A stretch of 64,000 bases of DNA, from NCBI GenBank assembly GCA_050230475.1, contig JBFLGF010000132.1, positions 1 through 64,000 of the forward strand, written 5' to 3'. The position numbers were made by a program, and so were the translations under genes. The stretch's first letter is position 1. Each line of letters starts with the position of its first letter. Shown one piece after another: positions 51,286 to 63,913 of the stretch. This stretch comes from Ancylonema sp. (taxonomy: Eukaryota). The notes under the pieces were generated by a model, which was not told where the DNA came from, ran no database searches, and saw only the letters and a list, made by a program, of their open reading frames with translations.

Positions 51286-54200
51286 ATGGGGCCTGTCGCT
51301 TTAGATGACATGGCTCTGCAGACTGAAATATCCGCCATGCCGGAGGACAGAGTCTACTCCTCGCCTATATACGAGCTCAAATTTTTCCACACAGCCATCC
51401 GGGCGGAACTAGATAATCTGCATCAAGATGCTATGGCCCTGGACTTTGGGGCAGACAAGGATATTTGGGATCTTTTACAGAAGTATCACTTCTTACGACG
51501 CGTTTACAGGCACCATAGCAGCGGCGAAGACGAGGTACGCGATATCCATGGGGAACATATACATGTTCACAAATATGTGGTGGGAAACATGGTGTTGGCT
51601 CCGTGCTGCTAATCAAGGAGTTGACAAGACGGTTCAGGACTCGACAGTGATAGAAGGACTTTGAGGCGCAGTGCAGTTATCCCGGGTGTTTCCAAGCGTG
51701 CAAGCGGTATCTGCTGTGTAGGATGTTATGCAAAAACATATAAAGTATGACATCACACAATGTGCTATTCTGGCGCAAGGTGTGTACATACTCTCAGGTT
51801 GGTTAGGTTCAAGCCGATTGGAAGTGCATAGCATGCGTGAAAGGTATGAGGTGGCGTGTGAGTTGGAAAGAGACTGTTTCAAGAAGAAGCTAATGTGTAC
51901 TACCTTTGCCTGATTTGGTCTCAGGTTATCCTCCCCGCGCTGGATCTACGAGTGAAGAATGTGGCGAACACATACTCCTTAGAGCATAAAGTAGAAGGGA
52001 ATCTTTTCGACAACATGTATCAGCTACTGACGTCGGCTTTGCGAGAGAGTGGGAGCACGCGCGCGGACTTACTGAAGCGCCTCATCTGCTGCTCGGAGGC
52101 TTTGCAGACCACCTTAGGGCAGCATTTGGCCAAGGAAGAAGAACAGGTCGGTCAGATTTCTACCCCACTCAAACGAACAGTCCATCTGACATCCTCTTCT
52201 ATCACTAACATATTGTTTCTTCGTTCCTCTGTGGTCTCTGGTGGGGCTCTGGAGATCATCCCGTAGGCAATGCTGTGCGTTGCAAATTAGGATGCAAGAA
52301 AACTGAATGCGGTCGTCCCTTTCAGGTGCTTCCACTGCTGATGGAGCACTTCAGTGCCGAGGAGCAGGCGATTCTGGTGTGGCAATCTTTGTGCTGCATT
52401 CCTGTGAGCCTTATGGAGGAGTGCTTGCCGTGGATGGCCTCCTTCCTTTCCGAAGAGGAGAGGGAAGAGATGGTTGTCCACATGCACGTCATCGTGCCGG
52501 AAGAAACATTACTGCGGCAGGTAAGCATAGTGTTGGAGCCAGAACCTTTGTTGCAGTCCCGTGCAGCTGCAGATTAGGTTGCGTGTTGTGGAAGAGGACA
52601 TATGAAACCGGTTGCTCTTTTTGCAAAGACACAAGTAGAATTGCATGGACACTGGAAAAAAAGGTTGTGGACAAATTGATTTTTTGGAAAGACATATTTT
52701 GGGAAACCTCTCTGTGCTAGTGAGCCCGTCTGTATAAAAATTGACGTGGGAGGGATGTAACCATGTTTGCCTGTGTGTTGTCTGCCTAAGACGATGAAGA
52801 CCTGCGCTTTCTTCTGGCAGGTGGTCTCCACTTGGCTCACCAAGGAAAAGGGCACTCTAGTGGCCGTGTTGAGTGGATGGAAGGACGTAAACAAGAAGCG
52901 AGGGGAAGCTGCTGCAACACAAGAGTCAGACGTAAATGCGCCACATCGCACTCCTGAGACGGCAGCCTGTGATACCCCTCAGGATGACATTGCTCAAGTC
53001 GGCCCGGAATGCCCTCCCCCTCCCACTCCCACACATTTCGAAGTGCAAGATTTGGCGCCACAGGTGGGGGAGGGAGTGAAGGCGTCTGCTGCCATTGTGC
53101 GTTTCCCCATCAACGAGCTGCTCCACTGGCACAACGCGATTCGAAAAGAGCTGGACGAGTTTGTGAGGGAAGCACGAGGGCTGCAGCACTCTGGGTCACT
53201 CACGCCAGCAGGCCTGGCTGCCTTTTCACAACGGTATCGCTTCCTTGCAGACGTATGCTTCTTCCACAGGTACAACCTACGACATGTAACCTACGACCTA
53301 CAACCTACAACCTACAGCGTACAACCTACAACCTGCACCCCAAAGACTAGAGACAGAGAGACCATGTAATGATGAATGAGATTTGATCGAGGTTTGGGGC
53401 ATTTGTTGCGTGATTATTGCTTCATGGTGTTGCACTCATTCGACCTCTCCTAGTCTTGTTACTGCTTTATCTCATCTGTATCGATGGCCCAGTGACCCTG
53501 TAGTTCCAAGAACAACATCCTGGTAGGATACTGCTAAGCATGCAGTGTGTGCTGTTTCTCTCTGCGTCTGTGTTTGTTTGCAGTGCTGCGGAGGACGAGG
53601 TGGTGTTCCCCGCGGTGGACAAGAAGGTGAAGATGGAGGGGAGCTTTGCGTCGGATCACGTGGCAGAGGAGAGGCAGTTTCTGGACGTGGGCAGGCTGCT
53701 GGAAGGGGCGCAAATGAAAGCGGACAAGGGGAGCCAGAGCAAGCTGCATCTTTTTGAGGAGCTGTGCTCGCAAGCTGAAGCCATCGCGGCATCCGTACGG
53801 ACGCACCTCACCGCCGAGGAAGGATTGGTGAGGAAAAGGAGGGGGAAGGATGGTGGGGTTGGGGCAAGGGGAGGGTAGGGTGCGTTATATAGGCGAAGCA
53901 GAATATGGGAGTGGAAATTGAAAACAGGCAGAACAAGGGGAGTTTTGGTATTCAATCATGTGGCCTTCTTCTTCTTCTTCTTCTTCTTCTTCTCCTTCTT
54001 CTCCCCAGCCAAGGAGGAAAGCGAGTGACCATTTTTGCCTGTGTGCTGCAGATCCTTCCCGTCGTTCTCGAGCACTGCAGCCTCGAGGAGCAGCGCGTGA
54101 TTGTGTACCAGAGCCTGCGCCAGATGCCCCTCCGCCTCCTAGAGCGCGTCCTCCCCTGGGTGGTGGCCTATGTCACCGACGAAGAGGCGGCAGACATGGT

Positions 54201-57200
54201 GCAAAACATGCGACTCGCAGGTACACGCTCCTTACCATTGAAATGACTTAACAAAGGTTTTTTTTCACCGTTTTAAAGGTACATGATGGCTGCTGTACCC
54301 GGTTTGTTTGTTGGTAGTCTCTTGTACTTCTCCCTGCACCTCACACATGGCACGTGGCAACTGGTTCGTTCTTATTTGCAGCCCCTGCCGTGGATACGGC
54401 TCTGGTCACTCTCTTTTCGGGATGGGCTCAGAAAGGAGTGGAGGTAGGGAAAGCAGGAAAAGGAATGGAAGATAGGAGGGCGAAATGGACGTCACACCCT
54501 TTCCTCTCTCCCCAATCACCTTCCCCATCCTGCGAAAATGACAGTTCTGGTCAGGGAGAGGATGAGGTGGGTCGACCTAGCAAGCGAATGAAGGAGGAGC
54601 TGAGTATGGCAGAGGGGGGGGGGAAGGAGAAGGAGAAGGAGAAGGAGAAGGAGAAGGAGAGGAAAGGGGAGGGGCAGGGGGGGGTGAGTGAAGAAGAGGG
54701 TTCTGCACGAAGGAAACCGATCGATTCCATCTTCCAATTCCACCAAGCGCTGCGCAACGAGCTCCAGTATTTGGACACCGAATCCGCGAAACTCGCGACG
54801 GGGGACGATGACGCGGTCCGTCAGTTCAGCGGCCGCTTCCAATTCCTTTGGGGTCTGTATCGCGCGCACAGCAACGCGGAAGATGAGATTGTTTTCCCGG
54901 CGCTGGAGGCCAAAGAGGCGTTGAGTAACGTGAGTCACTCGTACACCATCGACCACCGGCAGGAGGAACGGTTCTTCAAAGACATTGCGCAAGTGCTGGC
55001 GCAGTTGAGAAGCACGAGGAGCGGGAGGGAGGGGGGGGGAGAGGGGGATGGGGGGGTGGCAGTGAACCGGGTGAAGCTGGGGGAGCGTTTGCAGCGCATG
55101 TGCAGTGCGGTGCGCGTGAGTCTCGACCAGCACGTGTGTCGCGAGGAGACGGAGCTGTGGCCGCTATTCGCGGAGCTTTTCACGGAGGAGGAGCAGGACT
55201 GCATTGTGGGGCGGATCATCGGCACCACGGGGGCGGAGGTACTCCAGGCCATGCTGCCCTGGATCACTGGGGCTCTCACGGAGGAGGAGCAGAGTGCCAT
55301 GATGGACACGTGGCGTCAGGCCACGCGCAACACTGCGTTCGACCAGTGGCTGCGCGCCTGGTGGAAGGACTCCATCGTGTATGCCACGTGTATGGAGGGG
55401 GGGGGGGCGGGTGTGGGTCCAGCTGTTGTGGAAAGGGAGCCCAACCCCAAGGAGCGTCTGCAGATGGTGGGGGAGTATTTTGGGGGGGGGGACGGGGGGG
55501 ACAGTGGCGATGCGGGTGGCGGCAGGGAGAATGGGGGGGGGGGGGGGGGGGGGGGGAGCAGGGAGGGGGGGAGGGGGGGGGGGAGGCCATGGGTAGAGGG
55601 GAGGAGAGAGAAGCAGAGGGTCGTCCTTTGGGAGGGGGTAGGGGTGGTGGTTGGTTGAGTGAGTTCAAGCCTGGTTGGCAGGACATCTTCCGGATGAACC
55701 AGCAGGAACTGGAGAAGGCGATTCGGACGGTGTCTAGTGACACGTCACTAGACCCGCGAAGGAAAGCGTACCTCATTCAGAACCTCATGACAAGGTAGGG
55801 AAACGAGGATGGAGACGGAGATGGACCTGTAGCTGTAGCTGGAGCTGTAGCTGTTGCTGTAGCTAGAGCTGTAGAGCTGGAGCTGTGGGTGTAGCTGTAG
55901 CTGTAGCTGGAGCTGGTATCCGCTTTTTGTAGGGGTCGGTCGTCTGACATGGGACAAGGGTCTTTGTTTTGTTTGTTTTTTTTTGTTTCCAGTCGTTGGA
56001 TCGTGGCCCAGCAGCAGAAGGTCCCCTCTCCTGGGTTAGCGGAAGAGGGCGGCCAGGTGGCAGGTCAGTGCGCCTCCTACCACGATGAGCCAGGTGGCAT
56101 CCTCGGGTGCGAACACTACAAGCGCAACTGCAAGCTCAAGGCCGCGTGCTGCGGTCAGCTGGTGACGTGTCGTTTTTGCCACGACAAAGTGAGCGACCAC
56201 ACCATGAACCGACACTCGACGGAGGAGATGATGTGCATGAAGTGTTTGGAAGTGCAGCCGGTGGCACAGAACTGTGTGACACCAACGTGCGACAACGCGT
56301 CCATGGCGAAGTACTTCTGCGCAATCTGCAAGTTTTTCGACAACGATGACAGGTACATCCGTACCCTACCGTTCCCTACCCCGCCCCACCTTCTCACCTG
56401 GGTCCCAACCACCCCTCCTCACCCCCCCTCAATATTTGGGATCTTTTTTTTTTTTTTTTTTTTTTTTTCTTAACAGTTTTTTTTTTTTCTTTTAATTGGG
56501 GGAGATTACTTTATTGGTCCTTTTTCTAATTCACTTCCCCCTCTCCATTTCCTCCCCCTTTTTTCCCCACTTCCGTATCCCTCCCCCCCCCCCCCTCCTG
56601 TTCCCCAGATCCATCTACCACTGCCCCTTCTGCAACCTGTGCCGCGTCGGCCGCGGTCTCGGCCTCGACTACTTCCACTGCATGACGTGCAACGCGTGCA
56701 TGTCCATCACACTCTCCTCCCACAAGTGCCGAGAAAAAGGGCTCGAATCCGACTGCCCCATCTGCCACGACTTTTTGTTCACCTCCAGCACCCCCGTCAA
56801 GGCCCTCCCCTGCGGCCACTTCATGCACTCCGCCTGCTTCCAGGCGTACACCTGTACGCACTACACGTGTCCGATATGCAGCAAGTCGCTGGGGGACATG
56901 GGGGTGTATTTCGGGATGCTGGACGCGTTGCTGGCTTCCGAGCAACTGCCGGAGGAGTTTAGGGATAGGCAACAGGTGTGTGTGGAGGGGGGGGGGGGGG
57001 GGGGAAGGACAGGGGTGCATGCAGCCTCTGGTGGGGGGGAGGGGGGATGCAGGGGGGGGCACGTGGGGTTGGGGTAGAAATGTGGTTGGCATTTGAAGTG
57101 AGGCTCCTGCTTTGCGAATTTTCGTTTGACGAGAAGCAGTAATTGGTGGAAGGAGGGACTGATGGGTGACTTGTTGTCGGTTTTCATCAGGGGGGGGAGG

Positions 57201-57386
57201 TCTTTCGGGTCCTGTTTCTGAATCAGTGGTTGAAAACAGAAGATGTGTAACACGCCCCTCGTATTTTCTTCTCCGTCTTTGCAGGACATTCTGTGCAACG
57301 ATTGCGAGAAGAAGGGAAAGGCGCCCTTCCATTGGCTCTACCATAAATGCACCCCGTGCGGCTCGTATAACACGCGGGCAATTTGA
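51286..57386 (+). CDS. BTS: BRUTUS/HRZ-type hemerythrin, CHY/CTCHY zinc finger, RING E3 ligase
   Basis: Exons 51286-51534, 51925-52146, 52326-52520, 52821-53269, 53584-53827, 54052-54220, 54382-55794, 55993-56352, 56609-56975, 57285-57386. Three hemerythrin units (FFHTAIRAEL..HHSSGEDE; WHNAIRKEL..HSAAEDE; FHQALRNEL..HSNAEDE), CHY (GCEHYKRNC), RING (CPICHDFLF..LPCGHFMHSAC..CPIC) and zinc ribbon (CNDC..CTPCGSYNT). One frame change in a poly-G stretch (~55480-55600). Confidence 0.96.
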
Positions 57387-57963
57387 TGGGCTTCCAGGGT
57401 TGTAGATCCCTGCCTGTAGTTTTTCCTGCTTTTTTTCTCATGTTTTTGTGATGAGTGGTTGTTGAGTTGTCGGGCATCATCACCTTCTGCAATCTAAAGA
57501 GGCTTGTTTTTACCCGTAGGTATAATTTAGGCGATAGTGAAAATGATATCTCCAATGTAAAGCCATGGATGAGTGCCTCGATTGTGAATCGAGATAATGA
57601 GTGGCAAGTGGGGGAAGTAGAAAAGCGAAACGAAAGGCTTGGCTTGTTTGCGGGCGGTTTATGATATTTTGCGACTATTTCTTGGGGGTAGAAAATATGA
57701 TGTGAATTACGCCTAGTGTTCTGTGTGACTTTCTGACTAGTAAATAAATAGAGGATACTTGTGTCTTGTTATGCCATGGCCCTGATTGTGTTACAAAGTA
57801 AGTGGATTGTATCACTTCCGAGACGCAATTCCGCAACTCCAGTGTTCTTAAACCTGATTTACTTGTTCCAATGCTATGTTTAAACATGATCCCTGGACGA
57901 ACGGGTAGAGGTCGATCATAGTTGCGCCCGATCTTGCCTCAATGGAATTCTGCAACTTTCCCC

Positions 57964-58287
57964 TTCCGGTGGACTCTCATAACAGACGTGTGCTGGCTAA
58001 TTCTCGCCATCCCCCTATCTCTTTGGCTTCTTGCTTCGGGCATTCGTCTCCCACCCTCGGTCTGATCCCTCTTCCCATCAAGAATTCTCAAAAATCCGAA
58101 ACGAACCCCCCTTTTAGAAGGGAGTTATGCGCATGAAGCCTCTCCTCTTCAAGGAGAGTGCCACGTGGCAGGTTATGGATCTTCCTCCTTGTGGAGAAAG
58201 CTTACCTTCCAGTGGCTCCACCCTCTCTCAAGCCTAGGAAGCTCTCGTCCCGTGGTGGCTGATCATGTTCTTGAAACACATCCTTAG
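57964..58287 (+). pseudogene. ABCC/MRP transporter-like fragment (end of TMD0 plus L0 linker)
   Basis: Reads TDVCWLILAIPLSLWLLASGIR...(stop)...PLLE...VAGYGSSSLWRKLTFQWLHPLSSLGSSRPVVADHV, matching the ABCC lasso pattern S..SKLTF.WL.PL..LG..RP. No TMD1 or NBD follows. Confidence 0.6.
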
Positions 58288-61200
58288 AAGTCCACACTTA
58301 TTATTCATATATGTGGAGATACGTACATTTGTTATAAGCAAGGACTGTAATATATATTTATATTATACTGTATAGTTTATGATTGTACCCGCAAGCGTGC
58401 GGGACATTTCCCGCTGGTTTGCACCTACGGGCGGTATCAACAAGCATAGCTTGTAGGTTAAAAATGTTTACTGATAACTAATTTCGAGTTTTGTGTGGAG
58501 GCATGTAGATGATCGTCATGCATTGAATTTGTGAATATTTAAAAACCGAAACGGAATGGCAAGGAGTTCTGGAAAACCGAATACACTCGAGCCCTGACAA
58601 AACTCTATATTGGTACCTCCCCCCCCGGGTGGAGTTCTCCTACCCGTCTCCCGCCCGTGGACGGGCTTACCGGCAGCCGCCGTCAAGCGAAAATATGATG
58701 GGCGTGTACAATTAGTACGATATGGTCCATCCACGTAAAATCACTAACTTCAGACCCATTTTCGAATTCTCGCGTTTTTTATTGTGTAACTTTTTGAAGT
58801 CGATGTCTCTACCGGTTCTACACAGTTCCATACCGCGTTTCGGAAGTCCCGAGTTTCAAACCGTGATTCCGGTTCCGAATCCAAGACCACTTTTGTATTG
58901 AGCATATTTGTGTAGCGATCTCTCGATCCACCGATCCCGATCCCAACCGGATCCAACACAATCCGGTTCTGAATTCATATCAGAACAACTTTAAAAAACA
59001 CAGTGAATCATGCGTGTTTTGATTTCACGGGTATGAACATGTTCGTCTCGGTGGAGTCGTTGCATAATCGTACATCATGCAACCATAGACCATCGGTCTC
59101 TAGTCGGGGGGATGAGGAACGAGAGCCCGGGGTTGAGAGCATCCCAAACCTCCTGTTCGGTGAACCAATCAGAGGTCGAGTAGCGGTGGGCGAAGAGGGC
59201 GTAGCCGGTTGTGGCTACAAGGCAGCAAAGGGAATTGGTGATGAACATCGCCGGGGGAGGTTGGGGGTTGGGAGGGGGGGGGGTGTCTTGCGATGATTCC
59301 GCACAGGAGAAGGGAGCGAGTTGAAGAAGATGACAAGGATGAGAGTGATGAGAATTAGTGATGGTGAAAACAAGAGATAGAAGAATAGAGGTGATATCAA
59401 TAGAAATATCAATAATAGTTGGGATGACGATAGTACTACCTTTGGTAATGAGATCAGTGAGTAGTAATATCGATGGGTAGCACCAATGTTTCACACTTTA
59501 AAGTTAGATACATGAAGTAATCATAGTGATGATAGTAATGAGAGAAATGACGACATGGTTGCAAAAATCACACCAAATGTTATTTTTATCATCAACGATC
59601 TAGTATAAATATATATATCCTTTTTTGCAGAAAATAACACTAGAAAAAAGAAAAATGTATTCTGATCGTAACGTTGATGATACTTATAAACAAAAAACAT
59701 AATCTCGCAAAGTCATGAGAGGAACAAGTATAAGCCACTATATGGAGAGCACGAATTCTAAACTCACCAAAAACAATGCTCTTCGTAATCCAGGTTCTCG
59801 CCGTGAATCTGAGCATCATCCGATAGCGGTGCCAACCGCGCGGTCCGGGAGTGTGATACAATTGTGGTAAGAGCACAACTTTGGCGAGTAAATACGGCAG
59901 TTCCTATCCCAGATTCTACATTGCTGTCTTCAAATGAAAGCTTGTGGTACACCGGAAATACTACTCTGGCTAGTTTAGGGACACCTTTGTTATCTGAGTT
60001 GAAGCTGGGAGGGTTGGTCAGGCACTGATCGATGCATGTACGAGCCCCTACCATTTTGAGGGCTCGATTCAAATCCTCTATCGAAGTGGGAAAGGTGGTG
60101 GTAGACCTGACGCCTTCCCCACTGGAGGCCTCAGGAGTGATGCGAATGATAGGATACGATATTCTCAGCATGTACTCTGCTTTGGCATGATAAATCATAA
60201 TCATTTTTCTGTCCCCGTGAAAAAAATCAAGACGGAATATTACGTTGCGGTGGAGACAATGCTGTACGTGCTGTACTTCCTCCCTCGTGTCTCTTGCTGA
60301 ATCGGAGACTTCCCTCCCACTCTTACCTTACGATGGGTCGCTGTCCAGGAGGCAGACCAAGAAATCTCCGCAATGTCCTCGAGCCTTCAGCGAGAAATTT
60401 GATTTCTCAATCCTTACAAATGTGGGTACTTGCTGCACGTCATGCATTCAAGTGTTTTCTGTTTCTTGCCGGATGGGGCTTGAATCGGAACAAGATTACG
60501 GAGTGGTACAAAAATTTTTACTGTGCGGGCCTTTGAATCGTGAATCCACATGTGCATTCTGCACAACATGACATAGCGATAGGAATTTCAGCACATCCTG
60601 GGTTCCTAGCTAGAGAAGGAAGTACCTCTTTGTTCTGACATACGGTACCAGGACAAATGACACCACCGACATGTTTCTCTCATTTGCTTGAACAGATCCT
60701 GTACGGAACTACGATACCGTAGATTGGCTTTCCAAGCCAATCTACGGTCATTAACCAGGCAGGGGTAAACGACGCGATCCAAAATCTCCAAACAGCATGG
60801 AGCATTTCGCCACGTGGAGCATGCTAAGATTCTCTTTGACGGACCCTATACGGTCGTTCGTTGTAACGAATTAAAGTGCCGCTTAACTGACGGAGATTCA
60901 CATAACGATTCTTATGTTTTAACGGCGTTTCTTCTAGCGAGTGTATACTTGTATATGTACGATTTGTAACGACTTGCATCATCCGAGGTGGCAGAAGACA
61001 TAACGTGGCAGTGCTGCACGACCAAACCAGGTGGCAATCTGCGGATCCAGAGCTGCACGTGTAAGGTGTTCCAATTCCCCAGTTAGCTACTGAGCTGCTC
61101 GATGGAACGAGCAGACGACGAAAGCGAATTCAGCTGTGGCAAGGAGTGTGTGTCAGAGGAGAATGCGTCTATCCTGACGTTACTCCAGTTACAGGATCGG

Positions 61201-61325
61201 TGCGCAAGGCACGCACGCATACATGGCGCGATCAGAATAAGAGGGCCCTTTCACGAAGGTCTTTTCAAGGCCTTTATTACGGACCCAACTTTTGTTTTTC
61301 GCATACAAGGGAGTAACTTTCCTGA

Positions 61326-63913
61326 ATGACTCTGCATATCAAGGAAGTTGCCTGCAGGCTCGGGCGTAAGGGCCGTCTATTCAGGGTTGCAAAGCAATAT
61401 TCTGCTCCGCTGCAGCACAATTTGGAGGAGTCACATCTAAATGAGAAAGGAAGGGCTCCCGTAAGACGAATCTCGGGTTTGACAGGTGATCTAGTCTCTC
61501 CGGCCACCTTTTCACTCAATTTTGAAAAATTCAACTCAAGGAGTCTTCGGAACTACGACTTTATAAGACTAGTAATTAGTAAACAGGTTGCGGCACCGTT
61601 GCATTCGGCCTGTAAATTAGGGCACTGCAGCACTGACGAAACTGAAGGCGTGATAAGTGATTTCTGCCACTATTTCTGGCAGGCCAGGACTCGCCAGTTC
61701 CTTACTCCTGGCTGTGTACTTCTGCATTGCGACTTCTGCCTTCAGCAAGGTAAAAAATCAATTCAGATTGAGGGCGGCGTCTTAAGAGGCTTTGTGTCAC
61801 CAAGCACCAACCACTTGGTCTAACACCATCCTGTTCTATTTTGAACTCAAGCCAAAAATGAATTCATAGCCGTGGCCGTAGCTCATCGATGTTGTGCTAT
61901 GAACGGTTGAGGTCAATTATTGTTGCGTAGGTATCAAACTCTTGTGGAACTTTGCTCCCTCACTTATCTGCCGTTCACGTGCAGGTCCGGTGGAACTACA
62001 TGTCCTCATCACATCCTCCACACGCAGGGCCTTTCCTCACAAACTGCTGATCGATTAAAAGGGACATTTACCTATGAGGATACCCCAAATCCACAACCGG
62101 CAGAAAGAAGCGATGGCACTGCGAACACCGCAGATGGCAGTTCAGCGGGCAGCACTGCTGGCGCTACGGTTGGGGGAGTTCCCACTAGTGCGGCTAGAGC
62201 CCGCTCTGAATCTAGGGCCCAGAGATCCCAGTGGTCCAAATATGATGCTGCTGAGGTGGAGGACTACTTTCGATGGCGTCCATTCACTGTGGCGCTCAGA
62301 GTGGCCACCATTGTGACCGAAATAGTCATCCTTCGCTTGCTGCAGTACACGCTGCCTGACATACAGAAAAGAGCTGCTAAAGTAAGAACTTCAAATTGGG
62401 AGGGATATCAAGTGGGGGGTGCATGTGAATATTATAACTGTTGTCTTTCGTGCCTCTCAGTTACGATTTTCACAGAAGCGCATAAAAGACAACTGTCGGT
62501 TTATAGCCGCCTGGCGCTACGCTGTTAGGCCAAAATGATGCTGCGATGGCAGCATCATTTTTCCTCCTTTCATATCCATTTGTCCTGCTTCTCCTGTCCC
62601 TTACCTAATCTCACCTCGGAAGTGCAGTGGACTTCGTCAACAATGAAGTGCATGTCACTTCATCATGTAGCTGGGTCTGGTAGAATTGGATGTCATCATT
62701 TTGGTGGGTGTGAACGCAGCTGCGCAGGAGCTTGATTCGCCTTGGGCCATTTTACGTCAAGGTAGGGGCGTGGCAACAAACCGTTGGCATCATTTTCTTA
62801 CAAAAAACCTGCTCCACAATTCCGCTTTCTTCTCAAACAAATGCAGCCTCAGCTATGAATATCGTTTACAGACCTTCCCTTCGAATGTCTCTGCATGCCC
62901 ATCTTAATGATCGGGACGTCCAACAGGTGGGGGTGATCTTGGTGTGTGCAGCTCGGGCAGGCTCTGAGTACCCGCCCCGACATCATGCCACCCGCATACT
63001 GTGCTGAGCTGGCGCTGCTGCAGGATCAGATTCCTCCCTTCCCCACCTCCGAGGCCTTAGCTATGGTTGCAGAGGAGCTGGGGGCGCCTGCGGAGGAAAT
63101 ATTCGCCCACATCACTCCCGAGCCTGTGGCAGCGGCCTCCCTGGGCCAGGTGTACAAAGGCAAGAACAACACTAGTTCTGCCTCCCTTGCTCAGCCCCTT
63201 ACATGTCTTTTTGTTTCTGGAAAGCTCTAACATCCGTCTAAAGTGGACGGATGGTACAACCTGTATGAGTGAATTCTTCTGGTTGGGGTTTTGGGTTGCA
63301 GCCCACCTGCAGTCCGGCGAGGTGGTGGCTGTGAAGGTGCAGCGCCCAGGGCTGGTGGACATCCTGGCCGTGGATGCCTACGTGCTGCGGCTGCTGGCCA
63401 CTCAGATGCAGCGGTTCATGAAGGGGAGGTCGGATCTGAAAGGAATCGTGGACGAGCTGGTAAGGGCTTGAAAGGGGCGGTTTTTGGGATTGGACAAGTT
63501 TCTGCTGCATGTGCTCCTCGTAAAATATTTATGTTTGTGATGGGCTCTTTCCTGAGGGAGCTTCAGCAGAAGGAGGGAGGGTCATGAGTGGAAAACAAAG
63601 GTTCCCTATTTCTCAACCTGCGTCTACTCTCTGCTCTCTTCTTGGGAGAATGTTTTCCTCAGGTGGGTCGCCTATTCGAAGAAGTGGACTATCTCCGGGA
63701 GGGGCGCAATGCGGAGCGGTTTGCAGAGCTGTACAGCACCCATGCTCTGTCCGGTACACCTCCATTTCTAGAGCTTCTGGATAGGATGAGGAGTTGTAGT
63801 TGGTAATGTGGTGAGGGGCGGTGAGGGGCGGTTCAGGAGGCCCTGATGACGAGGGGGTGAAGGTTCCGCGCATCTTCTGGGAGTACACCACAAGGAGGGT
63901 GCTCACAATGGAG
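61326..63913 (+). CDS. ABC1K (UbiB/ABC1 atypical kinase), 5' part; continues past the window
   Basis: Spliced LRRSLIRLGPFYVK|LGQALSTRPDIMP..LQDQIPPF..PVAAASLGQVYK|AHLQSGEVVAVKVQRPG..|FEEVDYLREGRNAERF..VKVPRIFWEYTTRRVLTME. The start exon is uncertain. Confidence 0.92.
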
